A program made the position numbers and the translations under genes. From assembly GCA_054661495.1 (NCBI GenBank), contig BAAFSQ010000466.1:1-5839 (forward strand): a stretch of 5,839 nt of DNA, given 5' to 3'. Origin of the DNA: Zygophlyctis sp. KS116 (lineage: Eukaryota; Fungi; Chytridiomycota). This document shows, piece after piece, positions 1 through 5,806 of this stretch. Positions within the stretch are counted from its first letter, which is position 1. Each line of letters begins with the position of its first letter. Under the pieces are notes generated by a model. The model did not search any database and had not been told where the DNA came from. It worked only from the letters and a program-made list of their open reading frames with translations.

Positions 1-25
1 AGCAGATCTTTATAGACCCTGGGAA

Positions 26-1432
26 ATGTTTTTGTCTCAATCAAATGGAGAGGTCAAACCTTTAAAGAATGTGGATGCTTTAGATCACTTGAAGAGTTTA
101 CTCAAGGATCTTAAACACCAAAAGAAGAATATGATTTCTTCTCAAGAAATTCATGAATCGTCTCAAGAGCAGATTGATGGATTTTTTAAAAGGATTTATC
201 AGGCTTCTTTAATGTCTGAAAAAAGATTACAGCAAATTCAGTTGGAAAAAGATGCTCTAAATCATACAATGGATTCTATCTGGAAAAGTTTGGAAAGTTT
301 AATTGGTCCACTATGGAAAATTGAGGAACCAATGTTTCAAATTTATGAAAAATTGGCGGCTGTTTACAAGAAAATACTGATTCTTTCTAAACAACCATTT
401 TTGGAATCAGAAAAAAGATTGGATGAAATTAGAAAAATTCAAGAAGAATTGGATGAAATTGAAAACAAGTTTAGAGTTGATGGAAAGTTTGGTCTTGGAG
501 AAAAAGATGTAAGAGGAGGTCAGGCAGTCATTACAGCTTTAATAGAACGCTGTTTTAGATTAATTCATCATTTGATACTTCAAGTACCAGAAGTGGATCC
601 TGCTTTGATGGAATACAAGGAAAAAGTAGAAAGAATTATTTCAGATTTGAATTTGATGGCTAGTCAAGTTCAAGTTGATAGAAATGATTTGATACAACTT
701 CAAGTAGAGTTGGATAAAGTTGATTCTCAACAAAAAGATTCAAAATTTTTAGATTCTTTTGGAAATATTCCTGTTGGACAGGCTCATTTAAGAGCATTGA
801 TTGAAAGAGCTTATGATTTAGTCAATGATATTCAGCTTAAAATTGAAGCAAGAGAAGTTGATGATGAATATTTTGTTAAAGTTATCAAGGAGTCTATTCA
901 GGAAATTGAGGATAGATTACAAGCATCTACAACTTCTATTCTTTCCCTTTCAAAATCTAAAATACGAGACATCAATGAACAATTGTCACGTACTATTGGA
1001 CACCTGAAAGAATGGTTACTAAACCCAAAGGAAGGATTGGCTAAAATAAGTTCTACAGCTGCATCAGTACATAGGAGTGGAATGTCAGTTTTATCAAGAG
1101 TTTATGCTGAATTAGAACCTGTTTCAGAAGAATTGATGCCTATCCAAAATCGATTGAATACTATCCGATCTTCTCTTTTAGATATTCGAAATCAATTTAA
1201 TCGAATTGATTTGAATACTACTGTTAAAAAGACAGCAATCAAGGATTTAATGGAAAATGTTGAGTCAATTCACTCTGAATTAGAATGTTTGGATAAACAG
1301 AGAGTAGAAGGGAATTTTTTATCTAGTTCTGGAAAAATCAAGTCTGGACAGGATCATTTACGTTCAGTTATGAATGAATGCTATTGTTTGATATTTGAAT
1401 TGATTGATCGTCTCTCTGTAGTAGATTTTTAG
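26..1432 (+). CDS. DUF2408/UPF0662 family (yeast Cub1/YPL260W-like) helical repeat protein, >=468 aa; probably 5'-partial
   Basis: Long intron-free ORF ending TAG at 1430-1432. Three copies of a helical unit with the signature L-x2-[IVL]-[DE]-x2-3-[RK]-V/D-x-G/S-[KN]-F ... GQ-x2-[IL]-x2-[LV]-x2-[RE]-[CA]-[FY]-x-L (RVDGKF..GQAVITALIERCFRL; QKDSKF..GQAHLRALIERAYDL; RVEGNF..GQDHLRSVMNECYCL), recognised from memory as the fungal DUF2408 repeat. The frame is open from position 2 (ADLYRPWE-M), so the true start may lie upstream of the window. Confidence 0.7.
   Translation: MFLSQSNGEVKPLKNVDALDHLKSLLKDLKHQKKNMISSQEIHESSQEQIDGFFKRIYQASLMSEKRLQQIQLEKDALNHTMDSIWKSLESLIGPLWKIEEPMFQIYEKLAAVYKKILILSKQPFLESEKRLDEIRKIQEELDEIENKFRVDGKFGLGEKDVRGGQAVITALIERCFRLIHHLILQVPEVDPALMEYKEKVERIISDLNLMASQVQVDRNDLIQLQVELDKVDSQQKDSKFLDSFGNIPVGQAHLRALIERAYDLVNDIQLKIEAREVDDEYFVKVIKESIQEIEDRLQASTTSILSLSKSKIRDINEQLSRTIGHLKEWLLNPKEGLAKISSTAASVHRSGMSVLSRVYAELEPVSEELMPIQNRLNTIRSSLLDIRNQFNRIDLNTTVKKTAIKDLMENVESIHSELECLDKQRVEGNFLSSSGKIKSGQDHLRSVMNECYCLIFELIDRLSVVDF
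317..1402 (+). repeat. Three degenerate protein-level DUF2408-like repeats (~317-573, ~590-832, ~1118-1402)
   Basis: Each unit starts with a [IV]-[DES]-[EP]-x-[LM] motif (IEEPM, VDPAL, VSEEL) and ends with the KF/NF...GQ...C/A-F/Y-x-L motif. About 95 aa of non-repeat helical sequence separates units 2 and 3. Confidence 0.75.
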
Positions 1433-1437
1433 AAGAA

Positions 1438-1443
1438 AATAAA
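1438..1443 (+). terminator. Possible polyadenylation signal AATAAA for the first gene
   Basis: AATAAA lies 5 nt after the TAG stop. Weak evidence in such AT-rich DNA. Confidence 0.25.
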
Positions 1444-1523
1444 ATGTTGGTTGCAGTTTTAAACTTGTTCCATTGCTACTTAAAATTTGCAATTATTAGG
1501 TGTTTCTGCAATTTTATCACTTC

Positions 1524-1980
1524 ATGGGACTTATCGACGAAATTAAATCTGGGCAATTCACAATCTATGCACAATGGTTGGCTTTAATATCTTTTTGTGT
1601 TCTAGTAGGAACTGGAATATCTTCATTTGGCGCAATTCCTATCGGTAATAATTGCATTAATAATTATAGGATTTATTTGGGCCATTATATCTCTTGGTTT
1701 AGCTGCAGTTATATTGTTAGTAGAATTACCAATCATCACTAGATGTTGTCCGACAAGAGGACCTGTTGCATCCATCTCTTCTTTTTTTGAAAGCGTCATG
1801 ATTAGATCAATTGGATACTTGGTTTTTGCAATTGTTGAATTTAGTGGTGTTACATTTACTTATGGGTTAATGATTTCACCAGGAATTCTTTTACTTTTAG
1901 TATCTGCTTTATATGGTTTAGCACTTATAAAAGGACAAGAACTTAAAAGATCAGTGGTGACTGGAGGAAGTGGACTTTAG
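1524..1980 (+). CDS. TVP18: Golgi apparatus membrane protein TVP18 (Cg6151-P/Flower-like family), 143 aa; exons 1524-1644 and 1670-1980
   Basis: Joining ORF 1500..1742 (from ATG 1524) to ORF 1627..1980 across a 25-nt GT-AG intron gives MGLIDEIKSGQFTIYAQWLALISF...PI-G-FIWAIISLG...VELPIITRCCPT...KGQELKRSVVTGGSGL*. This has the TVP18 hallmarks E-x-[KR]-S-x-[NQ]-F-[ST]-I-Y-[AG]-Q-W, E-[LV]-P-x4-x-C-P-T and a C-terminal KGQ...S...GG-x-G, plus several TM segments. Confidence 0.9.
1645..1669 (+). other. Spliceosomal intron, 25 nt, phase 1 (TVP18)
   Basis: gtaataattgcattaataattatag. GTAAT donor, CATTAAT branch-like motif, TAG acceptor. Removal restores the frame between two TVP18-like halves. Confidence 0.9.
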
Positions 1981-2012
1981 ATTTTTGTGGCGTCTCAAGG
2001 CTAAATTTAACA

Positions 2013-2529
2013 ATGAGTTCTCTTTCTATTGAGTTTAAGAGTTTGAACTATTCCATCTATTCTCAATGGATATCATTCATTTCTATCTTTTGTAATTGAT
2101 CTTTCTAATGATTAGTCTTAATCTTGACTGGTGGATTTGTTATCAACTACTATCCAAGCCAATTAAACACTGGTATTGGATTTGGAGTCATGTAATAATC
2201 TTGCATTAACAGTTAGCTTACTAGGAATTCTAGTTTTTTGCCTGGAAGTTTTATATTTTGGAATCAAACAGACCGATCAAGAAGATTCAGAGCCTAAAAA
2301 GAGTGATTCTCTAAACTATCTTGTTCGAATCTTTCTAAATTTCCTATCTTCTGGTCTACTGTATGCCACAGGAGTTTTTTCTAGTCCGATTTACTATATT
2401 CCTGCAGCATCAATGACAATCTCATTTGGACTTTATCTCATTGGATTCTTGACCAAACAACCATTTAAAAGATCATTTCTAACATTTTATGTTATGCTTG
2501 GAACTGCCGTAACAGTTTTACCTGTTTAA
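2013..2529 (+). CDS. Divergent TVP18-like membrane protein (tandem paralogue), 155 aa; exons 2013-2091, 2116-2191, 2217-2529
   Basis: ATG 2013 begins MSSLSIEFKSLNYSIYSQWISFISIF, matching the TVP18 N-terminal motif (EFKSxNySIYxQW). Removing 24-nt and 25-nt GT-AG introns joins it in frame to ORF 2176..2529 (…LLGILVFCLEV…GLYLIGFLTKQPFKRS, cf. ALYGLALIKGQELKRS in the upstream copy). Spliced CDS is 468 nt and ends in TAA. Confidence 0.82.
2092..2115 (+). other. Spliceosomal intron, 24 nt, phase 1 (TVP18-like gene, intron 1)
   Basis: gtaattgatctttctaatgattag. GTAAT donor, CTAAT branch motif, TAG acceptor. It contains an in-frame TGA that splicing removes. Confidence 0.85.
2192..2216 (+). other. 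Spliceosomal intron, 25 nt, phase 2 (TVP18-like gene, intron 2)
   Basis: gtaataatcttgcattaacagttag. GTAAT donor, ATTAAC branch motif. Only the distal TAG (2214-2216) restores the frame. Confidence 0.82.
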
Positions 2530-2533
2530 AAAG

Positions 2534-3052
2534 TTAAAGTCTTCTAGTTTTTGGCATTCCTAATTTTTCCTTTGAAGCCTTTCTCTTCTTCTTCTTTTCC
2601 AAATATTTTTCTAGAGTTTTCTCTCCAGAATCCTTTAGAGATTTATACTTTTGAATCAGTTCCATTTCTTTAAGTTTATTCTTTTTTAGATAGAATGGTT
2701 TCTTTCCTTGAGAGACTCTTTCCATTTCATCTTTTTTCCAAGATCTCTTTACTTGCATTGATTTTGAAGCATTTATTCTAGCTTCTTTTTTAGATTTAAT
2801 TGATTGTATGAGTTTATTGACTGGTTCTAATAGATTTGAATTCTTAAGTTTTACTTTTTCTTTTTCCAGCTGTGCTAGTTCAGAGTCTTGCAGATCATGA
2901 ATGAATCCATAAGACTGAGTAAATACTGACTGATTAAAGTTTCCTGCTTTTGAAGAGAATCTGGGATCTTTTGACTGTTTCTTTAGAGATATAATTTCTC
3001 TGAATCTTGAGACTGGTTTCTTTGAAGAGATTTCGATTGGAGCATCCTTCAT
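2534..3052 (-). CDS. RRP36: rRNA biogenesis protein RRP36 (DUF947), 172 aa, intronless
   Basis: Signature motifs K-x-AP-x-E-x-SSKKPVS-x-x-R, DPRF-x4-G, F-x2-SYGF, E-x3-V-x2-GKKPFYLKK and a basic tail LEKYLEKKKKRKASKEK-x2-MP-x2-R. An in-frame TGA upstream (3094-3092) limits any N-terminal extension. Confidence 0.92.
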   Translation of the reverse strand: MKDAPIEISSKKPVSRFREIISLKKQSKDPRFSSKAGNFNQSVFTQSYGFIHDLQDSELAQLEKEKVKLKNSNLLEPVNKLIQSIKSKKEARINASKSMQVKRSWKKDEMERVSQGKKPFYLKKNKLKEMELIQKYKSLKDSGEKTLEKYLEKKKKRKASKEKLGMPKTRRL

Positions 3053-3124
3053 CCTTGTATCAGTCTGTGTGTCAAAACGTTCAAATTGGCGTCAAATTTG
3101 ACAGCGGCAGAGTCAAATTTGGAA
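3053..3124. promoter_or_regulatory. Putative bidirectional promoter between RRP36 and the SKT5-like gene (72 bp)
   Basis: Only 72 bp separate the divergent ATGs (3052 on -, 3125 on +). Contains TCAAA at 3072, 3081, 3092 and 3113, plus the perfect palindrome GTCAAATTTGAC at 3091-3102. Function is inferred from position. Confidence 0.55.
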
Positions 3125-4544
3125 ATGGCTGATTGGATTAGAAGAGCTGCATCATTCTCAGGAACAAGATCAGACATACATTCTGATAGATCAACTAAAG
3201 ATCGAAAGAAATTCTTTACTCTTTCTTTGCTAAAAAGATCCAAATCACAACATTCTAGACTTTCAACCGATTCAACACTAATAGGAGAATCAGTCCCTGA
3301 TTTTAATCAACAATTAAAAGAGAATTCGACGTTTGCTGATAATCCTTTTCAGACAGTGTCCGATTATAGAAAAGCTGCTCAGCAGAGTCAAGATTCGAAA
3401 TTTAGATTTCAATTTGCAATGTTTTTAATAGATGCTGCAAATGAAACTAATTCAAAGTTTTTTATGGATGAAGCAAGGCAATGGTTGGAGATTTTAGCTT
3501 ATCCTCTGCTGTTTAAAACAAAATTAGAGACAGCGGCAGAAACTAGTACAGAGGCTAAGATAGAGACTAAAGCTAAAGAAGAGATTACGACAGAGACTCA
3601 AAAAGAGATTAAAGAAGAGACAATAGTCAAGGAAGAAGAACAAGGGTATGTTACTGCTCAATATATTCTAGCAAATTGGTATATGAGTGGATCTTTTAGT
3701 GTGAAAAAGGATGAGGCTAAAGCGTTTGATCTATATAAAAGAGCATCTCTACAAAATCATCCTCAAAGTACATATCTGTTGGCAAAATGTTATCAAGATG
3801 GACTAGGGACAGAGAAAAATGACGAATATGCAAGGAAAGAATATCAAAAGGCTTCAAAGTTGGGAGATTCAAGAGCTTCTTTTGTTTTGGGACATGCGTT
3901 TGTCTATGGTGGAATTGGTCTTGAAAGTAATCCTCACTTGTTTATAAATGGAATTGAATTGTTAAAGCAATGTATTACTGATAAAGAAGGGGAATTTTTC
4001 TTGGATGCCTTATATGAATTATATATCTTGTTTTCTGGGTCTAAATCTACTAAAAGTAGTCTCTATGATCCTATATTTTCACAATCTTGTCTTACAATTG
4101 CTGCTAATTTGGATCATGTACTCTCGCAATATCAATTAGGCTATAGTTATGAACATGGCTTATTAAATCTTCCAATTGATCCTTATCAGTAAGTTTTTTT
4201 ATTTAAATTTTAGATCTATTTTTTGGTATTCTAAAGCTGCATCTTTTGGTAATGCAGATGCATGTTTGGGATTGTCAGGATGGTATTTGACTGGTGCAGC
4301 TGGGATTTTACCAAAATCATTACAGGATGCGTATCTATGGGCCCATAAGTCTGCAGATAAAGGATCTTCTAGGGGTTTCTTTGCAGTAGGTTATTTCCTG
4401 GAATATGGGATTGGAGTCCAGAAAAATAAGAGTAAAGCCAAAAAATGGTATAAAAAATCGGCTTCAATGGGAGAAAAAAAGGCTATTGCTCGACTTGATG
4501 AACTTAAATCTCAGCGTGGGCTATTTCCAAGCAAGCGTATTTAA
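3125..4544 (+). CDS. SKT5: SEL1-repeat protein, Skt5/Chs4-like chitin synthase regulatory factor, 464 aa; exons 3125-4188 and 4214-4544
   Basis: First ATG is at 3125 (the ORF track start at 3086 is TTG). A Ser/Lys-rich N-terminus is followed by SEL1 repeats (AQYILANWY..G...KDEAKAFDLYKRA; YLLAKCYQDGLGTEKN..A...Y.KA..LG). Splicing a 25-nt intron yields the Chs4/Skt5 signature YQLGYSYEHGLLNLPIDPYQSIFWYSKAA..G...A.LGLSGWYLTGA.GIL..S..DAYLWA.KSA..G.....FAVGYFLEYGIG. Family call is strong; one-to-one orthology is uncertain. Confidence 0.85.
3527..3628 (+). repeat. Degenerate 12-bp coding minisatellite (E-[TAI]-x-x repeats)
   Basis: gagacagcggca/gaaactagtaca/gaggctaagata/gagactaaagct/(aaagaa)/gagattacgaca/gagactcaaaaa/gagattaaagaa/gagacaatagtc: eight units each beginning with a Glu codon. 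Confidence 0.65.
4189..4213 (+). other. Spliceosomal intron, 25 nt, phase 2 (SKT5-like gene)
   Basis: gtaagtttttttatttaaattttag. Canonical GTAAGT donor and TAG acceptor. Removal fuses ORFs 3086..4192 and 4176..4544 into the conserved DPxxSIxWY motif. Confidence 0.93.
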
Positions 4545-4599
4545 TGTTTTGAATTTTTTTGATAACAATACTTTTTTAAAATTTAAGTATACGGAGTAC

Positions 4600-5806
4600 T
4601 TAAATTATTCCTAATTCACGATCAATTGCATCTCTTCGATCAATTATCCACTTCACCAACTTTCTTTCCGTCAGTGCATTTATTTTGCGAGCGAAATAAT
4701 ATTGCTTTCCATCTTGAGTGATAATATTTTCATCCCCATCATGCAGGGATAGAGGGTGTTCAGCACCTTCCCGAAAAAACAGAAATCTTTTGGTTTCACT
4801 TATAATTTTATCTTCGTATTTGAGATCCGGACATAGTGCAATCATTGCGAAAAAAGATTCGTCTGGAATCATGGTGTATTCCATAAATGCAAGTAGGTCG
4901 TAAGTTTGTTGAGATGCTCGAATCAACTGGATGAATTCTCGAGATAAAATCTAAGGGGAGGTTAAATAGTGCATAATACCATCCATTGATGCTGTTTATG
5001 CGGTAGATATTTGTTTAATTTGGGAAAAAAGCGCAATTGGTCTTCTTGTAAAAGATCTTTATGAGTTTCGGACTGAATAAAAACAAAAGACAATCGCTGA
5101 ATTGTTTCGTAGTTATGTTGCCAGTGTTGAATATAGCTTTTCCCAGGATTTTCCTAAATCATTCACAAACAACATAATTTACCTGTAACTTTTTATGTAT
5201 GGCGGCGGTACTCATCAGAGGGAAATCTTCGCCTGATAGATTTATGGCGTAATCCCAATCAGCAAGATCAAGAAGCTGGAAATATCCTTCTAGCTGGGCT
5301 ATTACGATATAAGGAGATCCCCTACAATAAAAATTCAGTAAATTACCACTGGAGATTAAATGGTTTTTGAAAGAGGTAAATATTCTCGCAATCTTTATAG
5401 TGATCTATAATGTGGCGTCGGATATCGTTTTGCAACTCTGGGTAGTTGCCATCAACATGTATCAAAATAATTGAATCTGGACTATGCAAATATTTTAGCA
5501 TTGCTAAAACGCTTTCCTTGCTCTTGTGAACCAATATCAGATACGCAATTTTAAAGCGCCGTCTGTTTTTTAGTTTTTCCCTGTGATCATGATCATTCAA
5601 TGATTCGACTTGCGAAAGACCAGGCTGTATTCCGGATACAGTGACGTCAATTGGAAATCCGTCTGAAACTTTTATGGATGTATCTTGGCCCCAATCAGGC
5701 TCAGATCTCTCTTTAGGGGAAGATTTAATCCCATATTGACCAACAGGATCAGTCCCAGTAACAGACAGAAAATCAAAATATTTGATTGCATCCACTTCCA
5801 TTAAAA
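4600..5806 (-). CDS. Glycosyltransferase family 14 (core-2/I-branching beta-1,6-GlcNAc transferase / xylosyltransferase-like, Branch domain), >=372 aa, probably 5'-partial; exons 5806-5347, 5321-5183, 5153-4980, 4950-4600
   Basis: The spliced product shows GT14 motifs in the correct order: KIAYLILVHK, ILIHVD, QW|GSPYIV, WDYAINLSGEDFPL, HQWM|ILSREFI, IPDESFF, YYFARK; stop TAA at 4602-4600. The two middle exons are absent from the ORF track. No signal anchor is visible and a further intron (5838-5807) precedes this part, so the gene likely starts outside the window. Confidence 0.88.
4951..4979 (-). other. Spliceosomal intron, 29 nt, phase 0 (GT14 gene)
   Basis: Minus strand gtattatgcactatttaacctccccttag. 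TTTAAC branch motif. Joins QWM to ILSREF. Confidence 0.88.
5154..5182 (-). other. Spliceosomal intron, 29 nt, phase 0 (GT14 gene)
   Basis: Minus strand gtaaattatgttgtttgtgaatgatttag. Joins HKKLQ to ENPGKSYI in frame. Confidence 0.85.
5322..5346 (-). other. Spliceosomal intron, 25 nt, phase 2 (GT14 gene)
   Basis: Minus strand gtaatttactgaatttttattgtag. Removal reconstitutes the conserved W-G of GT14 (TG|G GGA) and removes the TAA that ends ORF 5343..5801. Confidence 0.9.

Noticed and set aside
825-1007. 60-aa alternative-frame ORF inside gene 1
   Set aside because: Fully nested in a longer ORF with conserved repeats, with no recognisable motif; a shadow ORF.
1444-1587. 47-codon ATG ORF overlapping the TVP18 start (possible uORF)
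   Set aside because: It starts 11 nt after the previous gene's stop, probably within that gene's 3' UTR. No homology cue, and a length expected by chance.
1500-1980. Programmed frameshift or pseudogene explanation for the overlapping ORF pairs (also 4176-4192 and the GT14 fragments)
   Set aside because: Every break is bracketed by GTA...TAG with an AT-rich interior, and exact removal restores conserved motifs. Introns are the simpler explanation.
2491-2515. 25-nt GT...CAG segment near the end of the TVP18-like gene (also a 24-nt GT...CAG at 2248-2271)
   Set aside because: Donors are GTT and acceptors CAG, unlike the GTA...TAG of all supported introns. Splicing is not needed for the frame, and the 2491 candidate is GC-rich and would push the CDS into RRP36.
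3086-3124. TTG-initiated N-terminal extension of the SEL1 protein
   Set aside because: Eukaryotic gene with an in-frame ATG at 3125 in good context (GAAATGG). The extension is the repeat-rich promoter region.
3049-3243. 64-aa minus-strand ORF whose TGA overlaps the RRP36 ATG (ATGA, bacterial-style coupling)
   Set aside because: TTG start (first ATG at 3177), antisense to the SKT5-like CDS and across the promoter, with no recognisable product. Eukaryotic context makes translational coupling unlikely.
4405-4903. Small + strand ORFs 4405..4614 and 4718..4903
   Set aside because: One is an off-frame overlap with the SKT5-like exon 2 and the other is antisense to the GT14 last exon. Neither has independent coding evidence.
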